From positions 256,859 to 320,858 of the IMG/VR virus record IMGVR_UViG_3300041411_000080: a stretch of DNA of 64,000 nucleotides; one strand, 5' to 3'. Under the pieces are notes generated by a model. That model saw only the letters and a list, made by a program, of their open reading frames with translations. It had not been told where the DNA came from and did no database searches. Shown piece by piece: positions 38,675-47,019 of this stretch (positions within the stretch are counted from its first letter, which is position 1; each line of letters starts with the position of its first letter). Both the position numbers and the translations under genes were made by a program.

Positions 38675-40966
38675 ATGATCGAAACCATTATCAAACTGGA
38701 CGGAACCGAAGAAGCCTTCAACGCCGCCAAGCCTAACCGCTGGATGGAATGGGGGGCTGAGAAACTTAAGGATAAGGTGGATTGGACTTCCATCGTAATG
38801 GAGGTAGCGGGTTCCTCCCCTAAGAAAGTAACTTCGCAAGTATTCCAGATGTCTTTGATCGAACGTACATTGGCTGGTCGCACGTGGTCTCACTACATGT
38901 TGGCGGGTAAACTGTACGCAGCGTGGATTCACAAACACCTGTATGGTTCTGACGGCATCCCTACCGTTAAAGCGTTGCACACTCGCATGCAACAAGACCG
39001 CTTGATGGTGAAACTGAATTACACCACCCAAGACTACATGAAGATCCAGAAGTTCATTAACCATGACCTGGACTTTGATCAACCACACTTCGCTCTTCAC
39101 CAGATCCGCAAGAAATATGCTCTGGGTAACCGAGTTACAGGTAAAGAATATGAGTCGCCTCAATTTACGTACATGCGCATGGCAATGGCGCTTGCTGAGA
39201 ACGAGCCTAAAGCAAACCGCATCCAAGTGGTTCGTGACTACTACGAACTCTTTGCGCACAAGATGCTATCGGCACCTACCCCTAACTATATCAACCTCGG
39301 TACTGTACATCGGGGCTTCGCTAGCTGCTGCCTATTCGCATCTGGCGATAACGGTACTTCTCTGGCGATCGGGAACTTCATCGGCGACAAAATGACCCAG
39401 ATGTCTGCGGGCATCGGCGTTAACATCATGACCCGATCCGTAGGCGATGCTGTACGTAACGGTCTGTTCCTGCACCACGGTAAGAAGAAGTATTACGATG
39501 CAATGGGTAAATCCATTGTGGCCAACATTCAAGCTGGTCGTGGTGGTGCTGTTACTTGCTTCTTTGAAGCATTCGATCAAGAAGTTGAGTTGATCCAAGC
39601 CCTGCGTAACCCACGTTCGACCGAAGACCGTCGTAACCGTGATATGCACTTCGCTATGCTGGCTAACCGTCTGTTCGCTAAGAAAGCAGCTAAGGGTGAA
39701 GATATCTTCGCATTCAACCCGTACACTGCACCTGATCTGCACGAAGCCTTCTACGGTAAAGACGTAGAACTGTTCGAAACACTTTACGCTAAATACGAAG
39801 CAGACGAGAAGTTCGTTAAGCATTACGCTTCGGCTCGTGAAGTTCTGAAGACCATGCTGAAAGAAGCTCAGGAAACTGGCGTAGCTTACGTGGGTCAGAT
39901 TGACGAGATGAACCGTCACACCCCGTTCAAAGATCCTATCCGCAGTTCTAACCTGTGCATGGAAATCGCTGAGCCTACCGCTCCGTACTACGAGATGCCT
40001 GACCTGTTCTCTTCGGAAGACCATGGTCGTGGTGAGATCGCTACTTGTTCGCTTGCAGCTGTATCGGTTGAGAACATCCCAGATCTGGCTACCTATAAGA
40101 AGGTTTGCTACTACGCTCTGAAGATGATCGACTACTGCATCCTGAATAGCTCTTACGTGTTCCCTCACTTGGAGTTCACCGCTAAGCAACGTATGAGTGC
40201 TGGCGTCGGTATCATGGGTCTGGCTACTCACCTGGCTAAGAATGGTCTGAACTATACTTCGGACGCTGGTAAAGATGAGATGCACTTCATTGCTGAACGT
40301 CACATGTTCTGCTTGATCGAAGCTTCCCTGAAGATTTCGAAAGAACGTGGTCTGGCTCCATGGATGCATAAGACTCGCTGGCCTGAAGGTTGGTTGCCAA
40401 TCGACACCTACAAGAAAGCTGTTGATACCATTAAGTCTGACGGTACTACATTCAGCAACCTGTTCAAGTGGGAAGACCTGCGCGCCCAGATCATCGAGAA
40501 CGGCGGTATTGGTCACTCCGTACTGGCAGCTTACATGCCGGGTGAATCCAGCTCTAAAGCGCTTGGAGGAGCTAACAGCATCTATCCTGTACGTCGTCTG
40601 ACTCTGTCTAAGAACGATCAGAACAATCACCTGTACTGGGCTGCTCCGTATGGTGATGATCCTGAAGTTAAGTACCAGTTCGCTTGGGATATTCCAACCA
40701 AGGACATGATCGACTGCTACGCTATCTTCCAGAAGTTCACAGACCAAGCAATCTCTGCTGACCTGTATCGTCGTATCGTGGGTAACACCCAGATCGATAT
40801 TAACGAACTGCTGAAAGAATACTTCTACATGGTTAAGATGGGGATGAAGTCTCGTTACTACTACAACACTGAAACCTCGTTGAACCTGTCGTTGGAAGCT
40901 ATGGAATCTGCACACAGTAACATTACCGAAGACACTGACTGCGGTAGTGGTGCCTGCAAGATGTAA
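38675..40966 (+). CDS. nrdA: ribonucleotide reductase class Ia alpha subunit
   Basis: PTP, ASCC, GRGGA, SNLCMEI active site, CSLAA, YYY, C-terminal CGSGAC. Confidence 0.96.
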   Translation: MIETIIKLDGTEEAFNAAKPNRWMEWGAEKLKDKVDWTSIVMEVAGSSPKKVTSQVFQMSLIERTLAGRTWSHYMLAGKLYAAWIHKHLYGSDGIPTVKALHTRMQQDRLMVKLNYTTQDYMKIQKFINHDLDFDQPHFALHQIRKKYALGNRVTGKEYESPQFTYMRMAMALAENEPKANRIQVVRDYYELFAHKMLSAPTPNYINLGTVHRGFASCCLFASGDNGTSLAIGNFIGDKMTQMSAGIGVNIMTRSVGDAVRNGLFLHHGKKKYYDAMGKSIVANIQAGRGGAVTCFFEAFDQEVELIQALRNPRSTEDRRNRDMHFAMLANRLFAKKAAKGEDIFAFNPYTAPDLHEAFYGKDVELFETLYAKYEADEKFVKHYASAREVLKTMLKEAQETGVAYVGQIDEMNRHTPFKDPIRSSNLCMEIAEPTAPYYEMPDLFSSEDHGRGEIATCSLAAVSVENIPDLATYKKVCYYALKMIDYCILNSSYVFPHLEFTAKQRMSAGVGIMGLATHLAKNGLNYTSDAGKDEMHFIAERHMFCLIEASLKISKERGLAPWMHKTRWPEGWLPIDTYKKAVDTIKSDGTTFSNLFKWEDLRAQIIENGGIGHSVLAAYMPGESSSKALGGANSIYPVRRLTLSKNDQNNHLYWAAPYGDDPEVKYQFAWDIPTKDMIDCYAIFQKFTDQAISADLYRRIVGNTQIDINELLKEYFYMVKMGMKSRYYYNTETSLNLSLEAMESAHSNITEDTDCGSGACKM

Positions 40967-40982
40967 ACAAAAAAAGAAACAA

Positions 40983-41019
40983 CATAAGACCCCTACCCGA
41001 AGGTAGGGGCTTTATGCCG
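40983..41019. terminator. bidirectional terminator
   Basis: CCCCTACC-cgaa-GGTAGGGG then TTTATGCCG. Confidence 0.85.
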
Positions 41020-41025
41020 TATCAG

Positions 41026-41457
41026 TTATTCAACAATGCGGAGACTATCCTTATTGTTTTTGATCAGCATCCCGATCATCTGATCGAATGCCCCGACCAC
41101 CATGGCACGTTCCATGATGAATGGTGTAACGCCACGCGCCAGCAGCGGAGCCACTTCTTTAAAGTAGTGCTCGGTGCCATCGACTTCAGCCAGCTCAGCT
41201 ACGAGCTTGGTGAATTCACCGGTGGTATCGTATTCGTTGAAAGGACTTTCCCGGTTGGCCTTCATCAAGATGGCATGCCATGTTGGATAGTCAGGCTTTT
41301 CCTTGACCATTTCGATCATGGAGTCGTACATGTCCGCACTGATTTGGCGCAGTGTACGGACGAGCGGAAGATCCTTTTCATCAAGGGCTTTCTGAATCAG
41401 CTTAGCACCGATGGCGCTTGCACGGTTGTTCAGATCGGCGAAGGCTTGAGCAGACAT
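41026..41457 (-). CDS. helical early protein, paralog family
   Basis: AGGAG SD; own early promoter. Confidence 0.75.
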   Translation of the reverse strand: MSAQAFADLNNRASAIGAKLIQKALDEKDLPLVRTLRQISADMYDSMIEMVKEKPDYPTWHAILMKANRESPFNEYDTTGEFTKLVAELAEVDGTEHYFKEVAPLLARGVTPFIMERAMVVGAFDQMIGMLIKNNKDSLRIVE

Positions 41458-41510
41458 TGTGTAACTCCTGTAGATAAAGTTGAGGTGATATCCGTTTGAA
41501 TATCACCTTT

Positions 41511-41537
41511 GTAATATAGCGTTTAAAACGATTCTAA
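41511..41537 (-). promoter_or_regulatory. phiKZ-type early promoter
   Basis: TTAGAATCGTTTTAAACGC-TATATTAC. Confidence 0.78.
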
Positions 41538-41545
41538 TGCAAGCT

Positions 41546-41998
41546 TTATTTCTGAGCGCGCTCACGCATCAGTTCGATAGCCTGATCCAGATTGTTCAGC
41601 TCATTGATGTAATGGGCACGTACTTCATCTACCGATACCACACCGTAGAAAGGTGTCACGTAGGTGTCGTAGTACTTCTGTCCATCAAACTTAGCGAGCA
41701 TATCCATAACCTGCAACAACACGCCAGTCTGATCGAACTTCAACAATTCGATCTGGTGATTGGTGTAGTTACTGAAGCTGAACCACGTCAGGTAATCGTA
41801 ACGCTTGCCGAGGATCTCCACGAGAGCATCACGGGAAGTTACCACGTCTGCACGCAGCGCTTCCATGAAAGCTACATCGTTTGCACGGATAGCGGTATCC
41901 GACATCTCGGTACTGAAATGCATAACGAAGGACATCGCGTCCATGTAGTTGTGAATGTCAGCAACGTTGGTAACTGGGGTATCGGTGAATTTGAACAT
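41546..41998 (-). CDS. helical early protein, paralog family
   Basis: Start refined to MFKFTD after AGGAG. Confidence 0.75.
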   Translation of the reverse strand: MFKFTDTPVTNVADIHNYMDAMSFVMHFSTEMSDTAIRANDVAFMEALRADVVTSRDALVEILGKRYDYLTWFSFSNYTNHQIELLKFDQTGVLLQVMDMLAKFDGQKYYDTYVTPFYGVVSVDEVRAHYINELNNLDQAIELMRERAQK

Positions 41999-42085
41999 GT
42001 TGTAACTCCTGTAGATAACATTGACGGTAGCACTCACCATTGAGCACTACCTTTTAGTTACAGCGTTTTAGGCTGTGGGCGTAGT

Positions 42086-42550
42086 TTACTGCTTTTCTTC
42101 TGGTACCGCAATACCTTTTTCTTTGTCTTCCTCGGCCCAGATCTCACACATCATTACATGCTGTTCCGCCAGCTCGAGGACGTCTTTATCCAGTTGTTCT
42201 AGGTTGAGGTACGGAACTACGATGGTATCGAAATACTCATGTAGGTCCAGATTGCTCAATTCGGTGTGCAGTGCCATCAACGCTGCCAGTTCGGATTCAC
42301 TGAAGAATTCCTTACCACCGATGTTGGCACTGACGTCCAGGAAGTAATCGCGCCATGCATCAAAGGTAATACCTTCTTTGACCATATCACGAATCTTGGC
42401 AACAACCTCACTACCACGAGTCATGGCGGCGAGCATGAAATCACGCTCTTTATCGGTGCCCATCAGTTCAGCCATTTTAGAGCCGAAGATGTGACCGGAC
42501 GCAGCACAGATTTCATTAACGCGTTGAGCAGTCATGTAACTTTCCTTCAA
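42086..42550 (-). CDS. helical early protein, paralog family
   Basis: True start probably MTAQRV after AAGGA. Confidence 0.75.
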   Translation of the reverse strand: MKESYMTAQRVNEICAASGHIFGSKMAELMGTDKERDFMLAAMTRGSEVVAKIRDMVKEGITFDAWRDYFLDVSANIGGKEFFSESELAALMALHTELSNLDLHEYFDTIVVPYLNLEQLDKDVLELAEQHVMMCEIWAEEDKEKGIAVPEEKQ

Positions 42551-42555
42551 GGAGA

Positions 42556-42915
42556 TTAAATTGTGGTTTCGCCTTCGGTCATTGCTTGACCAAAGTACAT
42601 CAACATCAGGCCGCCAGCAATAGCCAGTTCGTCACGATTGCAATCACCGAATGCGTAACTGCGCACACCATTGAGATTAGTCAGCGAACGAATGGAACAC
42701 CATTCGAAAGACAGACTTTTCTTACCGACGCGCATGTCGATCTTGTACTGACCTTTCTCACGATCGATTGGAATGACTTCGATCTGACGATCGTTTTCCC
42801 AGATGTTCATGGCTGGGATATCTTTACCGCATTCAACCCAGACTTCACCCATCAGTTCGTTGATGATGGTCATGAGACCCTTTTCCATTGCATCTGTTAC
42901 CGGACATATCGACAT
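42556..42915 (-). CDS. hypothetical protein
   Basis: 119 aa in an operon. Confidence 0.7.
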   Translation of the reverse strand: MSICPVTDAMEKGLMTIINELMGEVWVECGKDIPAMNIWENDRQIEVIPIDREKGQYKIDMRVGKKSLSFEWCSIRSLTNLNGVRSYAFGDCNRDELAIAGGLMLMYFGQAMTEGETTI

Positions 42916-42917
42916 TT

Positions 42918-43352
42918 TTAAAACTCGTATTTAGCTTTGATCCATGGGAAGTATTGATCGTAGGTACGGATAGGACCGACGACCGTAATAGCTTGAATGT
43001 TCTGACGACGACTGAGACGACTTACCGCCGCAACCGTACGTTGATCACGACGAATGATCCGAGCTGGAATGGCATGATAACCACTGACTGGCCAGCTCAC
43101 GAACATGTCATTGTTTGCATCCACCTGAAAAGTGAAGAACGTGAACTTCTCAGGACTTTTAAGCTGTGCTCGACGTTTAGCCAGGAAACCAGCGATGCTA
43201 TCGACGTAAGCTTTCATTGGCTCTTCGAGAATGACCTCTGCATTGCAGTCAGTATCGACTGGCATTTGATCATCAGGGATAACCTGAACGGCCACGCCCT
43301 TACCGACCAGAGTCGTATCAAGGTGCAGACGATAATCAGGATCAAGTTGCAT
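42918..43352 (-). CDS. hypothetical protein
   Basis: 144 aa; AAGGAG SD. Confidence 0.75.
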   Translation of the reverse strand: MQLDPDYRLHLDTTLVGKGVAVQVIPDDQMPVDTDCNAEVILEEPMKAYVDSIAGFLAKRRAQLKSPEKFTFFTFQVDANNDMFVSWPVSGYHAIPARIIRRDQRTVAAVSRLSRRQNIQAITVVGPIRTYDQYFPWIKAKYEF

Positions 43353-43363
43353 GGTGCTACTCC

Positions 43364-43729
43364 TTATTTACAGAGATCGATTACACGGTCGACGTTAACG
43401 ATCTTCGCTACACGCCACAGTTTGAAGTATTCACGAATGTGCTTCTTGGTGCAGTGGATCAGACCACCAAAGTGGACATCACCTACAATCACCACATTAC
43501 AATTCTCACCGTCGCGCAATACCAGCTCCGAGAAGTTATCATCTTCATCAAAGCGCAGTTCGAATTGCGGACGAACCAACTGTTCGAATTCAAAGATGAT
43601 GTCGCCAGCGTTGGCACGTTCGACCATGTGGTTAATAATCCCTACGGCGTAGAGTGCAGCCTCATGGCTTTGCTTACCAGTGAACAGATCACGGGTAATA
43701 CGTTTGATATCGAGTTTCTTCAGTTTCAT
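43364..43729 (-). CDS. hypothetical early protein
   Basis: 121 aa; AAGGA SD; first gene after a promoter. Confidence 0.75.
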   Translation of the reverse strand: MKLKKLDIKRITRDLFTGKQSHEAALYAVGIINHMVERANAGDIIFEFEQLVRPQFELRFDEDDNFSELVLRDGENCNVVIVGDVHFGGLIHCTKKHIREYFKLWRVAKIVNVDRVIDLCK

Positions 43730-43763
43730 TACAAAAGTCCTTTAAGGGTTATGATTCACAAAA

Positions 43764-43790
43764 GTAATATAGGCTTTAAACGGGTTCTAA
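43764..43790 (-). promoter_or_regulatory. phiKZ-type early promoter
   Basis: TTAGAACCCGTTTAAAGCC-TATATTAC. Confidence 0.78.
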
Positions 43791-43852
43791 TACAAAGATT
43801 ACTCTGCAAGCGTATGTATTGTAGACAAACACACATCACTTAAAGGTCCATC

Positions 43853-45016
43853 ATGTCCAAAGTAGATCTCCCGATTAAAATCTTCAATGCTAACAAAACC
43901 GACTACGACTCCAAAGAGATCATTCTGGGTCAAGAACCGGGGCTGTTCGATTCGATCAACAATCACCACCCCGTACTCTTCAACCTTTATAAGCGTTTGA
44001 AGATGATGGACTGGGATGAGAACGAATTCCCTTATGCTGACTGCCTGCATGAGTTTGAGACTTGTGACCGTACGTCTTACGAGATGATGATCAAGACTCT
44101 GGCTTGGCAATGGGAAGCTGACGCTACTGCTTCACGTTCGATCATTAACGTGTTGGCTCCAGTACTAACTGACTCGCGTGTATTCGCGGGCTACAGTCTG
44201 ATCACCAGTAACGAATGTCTGCATGCTCTGACTTATTCGGAGATCGTGCGTAACTCGTTTAAGAATCCTCAAGTGATTCTGGATGAGATCCTGAAAGTAC
44301 AAGAAGCTCAAGAGCGTCTGGTAACTGTAGCTAAGGTAATGGGTGAAGCACACGACGCTTCTCATGCTTACGCTTGCGGCACTATCCCGAATGATCAAGC
44401 TCTGTACAACAAGATCTTCAAGTTCCTGCTGGCTCTGTACTACCTTGAGCGTGTTCAGTTCATGGCATCGTTTGCTGTGACCTTCGCCTTCGGTAAGATG
44501 GGTCGCTTCCAACCGATCGTAATGGGCGTTCAGAAGATCGCTATCGACGAGTTCGAAGTACACGCTCAGTTCGGTCAAGAAGTTATCAAGGCTCTGCTGA
44601 AAACAGAACGTGGCCGTCTGGCTTACGAACAAACCAAAGAAGAAGGCACTAAGCTGTTCTGGGAAGTTCTGATGTCGGAAGTTCGCTGGTTGATGTACCT
44701 GTTCTCTGAAGGTCGTGAGCTGCCGGGTGTAACGCTGAAGAAGATGATCCAATGGGTCCTGTTCAACGGTAATGCTGCTGGTACCTTCACTGGCCACAAA
44801 GACATGCTGACTGAAGAGCATGCCGCTGAGTTCTTGGCGATCACTGGTTTCGAACTGGAATGGCCTGAGAAGAACCCACTCCCGTACATGACCGAATACC
44901 TCGATCTTGCTGCAAACCAAACCAGTCCTCAAGAAGTAGACAATAACCAGTACATGGTTAACGCTCTGGACACTTCCAACGAACAAGCAGAATTCGAAGT
45001 CGACTTCCTCGATTAA
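43853..45016 (+). CDS. nrdB: ribonucleotide reductase class Ia beta subunit
   Basis: W in MMDWD, EAD, ECLHALTY (ExxH plus radical Tyr), YLE..QF..SF, DEFEVH. Confidence 0.95.
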   Translation: MSKVDLPIKIFNANKTDYDSKEIILGQEPGLFDSINNHHPVLFNLYKRLKMMDWDENEFPYADCLHEFETCDRTSYEMMIKTLAWQWEADATASRSIINVLAPVLTDSRVFAGYSLITSNECLHALTYSEIVRNSFKNPQVILDEILKVQEAQERLVTVAKVMGEAHDASHAYACGTIPNDQALYNKIFKFLLALYYLERVQFMASFAVTFAFGKMGRFQPIVMGVQKIAIDEFEVHAQFGQEVIKALLKTERGRLAYEQTKEEGTKLFWEVLMSEVRWLMYLFSEGRELPGVTLKKMIQWVLFNGNAAGTFTGHKDMLTEEHAAEFLAITGFELEWPEKNPLPYMTEYLDLAANQTSPQEVDNNQYMVNALDTSNEQAEFEVDFLD

Positions 45017-45017
45017 C

Positions 45018-45040
45018 ATACTTTCTTGTAATAGTATGTA
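45018..45040 (+). promoter_or_regulatory. ATACT-N8-ATAGTATG promoter-like element
   Basis: Contains the phiKZ late-type TATG; shared with three other ncRNA units. Confidence 0.55.
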
Positions 45041-45150
45041 ACGGAAGCGATAACGTTACTCCATTAGCTCCCTTGTGGAATGCATGATGGTTCTCCTTTA
45101 GTGTTGGTTTGTGGGTTGGTAAAGTTCCTCCCTTCGGGGAGGACTTTATT
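45038..45150 (+). ncRNA. candidate small RNA with anti-SD/anti-start segment
   Basis: Promoter, about 110 nt with no + strand ORF, then a terminator; CATGATGGTTCTCCTTTAGTG segment. Confidence 0.45.
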
Positions 45151-45151
45151 T
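45121..45151 (+). terminator. terminator
   Basis: TCCTCCC-UUCG-GGGAGGA followed by CTTTATTT. Confidence 0.85.
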
Positions 45152-45176
45152 TGCCTCGAGCTTTAAGGATTCAAAA

Positions 45177-45401
45177 ATGATTGTTATTAGCGAAGACCGA
45201 TTAGCCCTACAGCAAGGAATCTATGACGATGTATTGTCAGATATCCTACCTGTGGTTAAGGCTAAGTGTAAAGGTGTTGCTCGGATCATAGTAGTCAAGC
45301 GAAAGCTTACTCCTACTGAAACTGAGTTCACTTGGATATTCAAAGGCACCAACAACGAAACCGAAGTTTACCATACATTCACAATTGAAGGAATGCAATA
45401 A
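45177..45401 (+). CDS. hypothetical protein
   Basis: 74 aa; AAGGA SD. Confidence 0.7.
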   Translation: MIVISEDRLALQQGIYDDVLSDILPVVKAKCKGVARIIVVKRKLTPTETEFTWIFKGTNNETEVYHTFTIEGMQ

Positions 45402-45652
45402 TGACCCGTAATGAACAACTGATTAATACCATCCGTGACCTGCTGGGTGATGCCGACATTACATGGCAGGAACTGTTGCAGAAGATCCACACCAGCCACA
45501 GTGATATCAAACATGTCTATGGTATCCGTGACCATCAGGCAGATATCTTGTCGTTGTCTATTAAGTGCAATGATCGTACCTTGATTACCTGTAACTTTGT
45601 ACGTGAACCAATCGAACCGCCTCAAAGCTGGACGCTACCAGTCGAGCTGTAA
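45401..45652 (+). CDS. hypothetical protein
   Basis: 83 aa; TAATG coupling. Confidence 0.7.
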   Translation: MTRNEQLINTIRDLLGDADITWQELLQKIHTSHSDIKHVYGIRDHQADILSLSIKCNDRTLITCNFVREPIEPPQSWTLPVEL

Positions 45653-45658
45653 GACGAA

Positions 45659-45692
45659 ATAAACCCCTCCCGTTAAGGAGGGGCTTTATGAC
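45659..45692. terminator. bidirectional terminator
   Basis: CCCCTCC-cgttaa-GGAGGGG; same stem-loop as at 60103. Confidence 0.85.
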
Positions 45693-45693
45693 G

Positions 45694-46929
45694 TTATGGA
45701 ACGAGTTCCAATACTGGACGCCAACCGTAACCGGAAGTCGGAGGAGTTGTATCACTAATAGCCCACGAAGTCTGGATACTAGTAAACCCTCGGGTCGTAC
45801 CACCGTAAACATGCGTGAGAACACCTGGTCGTACAGCACCATTTGCAACGCATAGGTCAGTGTTATTATAAGCTGCCCAGAAGTTGGTGTTAACAACAAC
45901 GGTAGAGTTATCGTAAACCGAGTACATGTAACGGTTCCACTCGGCATCCGTCATCAGACGGCACTTGTAGTTCTTACCTCCGATAGTAACCAACTTACCA
46001 TCCGCTGTGTTACTGATACCAGCAGCGTTAAGTACCGAGCGGTTAATACCATCGCGGAAACTCTTCTGCGCGATGTAGAGTTCTTTACCGTTCTCTACAA
46101 ACTTCATCCACGCGCCAGCGCCGGATACTACAGTACCGACAGTCACGCCAGCTAAGGTCGACAGATCAGCTACGTTGATCAGTTCCTCGGGTTGTACCAG
46201 TCCTTTATACGGGGTTACTGGAACTGGCGGCGTGGTACCTTTCTCAACCAACATCGGACGCCAACCGTAGTACATCTCGGTATTGTTGTCACTAGTGTAC
46301 CAAACACCCATGACGTTAGGAACGTTGTTAGTGATAGGGTAGCACAAACCACGAACAGCGTGTCCAGTATTGGTGACAATTTCCTTCATGTAGGACATGC
46401 CACCCGGTGGGAAAGTATTGATCGCCTGAGTTTCTGAGATAAGTGGGATACCCAACATCTTCTCAGTATAACTACCCCAGTTCTCACGAGTAGCTGGAAG
46501 TTGGTTAGCCCGTTCACCAGCATAAACGTTGTAGATGTAACGATCCCAAGCACCGCCACCGTTAGCATTGGATGCAGCTAGGTTATTAGCTTTCATACCA
46601 GTCATGAATTCAACGAGGAATGTCTTCCCACCGATAATGATTTCTTTACCAGTCTGAGCTGTGTTAATAGCTGGCCATGTTAATGCAGCGCGTAGCGGTT
46701 TCTTGGCGATGTAGATATTGTATCCGTTGTCTTCAACAAAGTGTAGCCACCCGGCATCACTGTTAATAGATACACCAGCGGTTAAACCTATTTGGCTTGC
46801 TAACTGCGAACCGGTAATGAAGTTCTTAGCGCTCACCACCCCTTTAAATGGCGTCCCAGCCGGAAAGGGTAAATTACTGTCATCCGAAGCGGGGGCCTGA
46901 TTTCCAGACACTAAGAGTTGTTCTAGCAT
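45694..46929 (-). CDS. putative virion protein with two GWRP(V/M)L-terminated domains
   Basis: Internal duplication (PFKGVV.../PYKGLV...; YGWRPMLVE / YGWRPVLELVP); paralogous to the 51665 and 52314 genes. Confidence 0.7.
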   Translation of the reverse strand: MLEQLLVSGNQAPASDDSNLPFPAGTPFKGVVSAKNFITGSQLASQIGLTAGVSINSDAGWLHFVEDNGYNIYIAKKPLRAALTWPAINTAQTGKEIIIGGKTFLVEFMTGMKANNLAASNANGGGAWDRYIYNVYAGERANQLPATRENWGSYTEKMLGIPLISETQAINTFPPGGMSYMKEIVTNTGHAVRGLCYPITNNVPNVMGVWYTSDNNTEMYYGWRPMLVEKGTTPPVPVTPYKGLVQPEELINVADLSTLAGVTVGTVVSGAGAWMKFVENGKELYIAQKSFRDGINRSVLNAAGISNTADGKLVTIGGKNYKCRLMTDAEWNRYMYSVYDNSTVVVNTNFWAAYNNTDLCVANGAVRPGVLTHVYGGTTRGFTSIQTSWAISDTTPPTSGYGWRPVLELVP

Positions 46930-47019
46930 GATAGGTTTCCTGAGGATATTTATATAAGCATAGGATTAAGCCAATACCTACCCGATTATGATATGTTTAA
47001 GATTATCTTTGGAGCGAGT

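Larger units (their letters stand above)
41459..42018 (-). repeat. duplicated 19-bp leader TTATCTACAGGAGTTACAC/A
   Basis: tgtaactcctgtagataa present at 41460-41477 and 42001-42018. Confidence 0.85.

Noticed and set aside
33640-45016. Introns, inteins or homing endonucleases in terL, nrdA or nrdB
   Set aside because: All three are continuous and of normal length; the nrdA-nrdB insert is an antisense early-gene island with no HNH, GIY-YIG or LAGLIDADG motif seen.
45056-45085. Minus-strand minigene MHSTRELME with a perfect AAGGAG SD
   Set aside because: A terminator hairpin lies immediately upstream on that strand and no promoter is visible; treated as the complement of a + strand sRNA, though not fully excluded.
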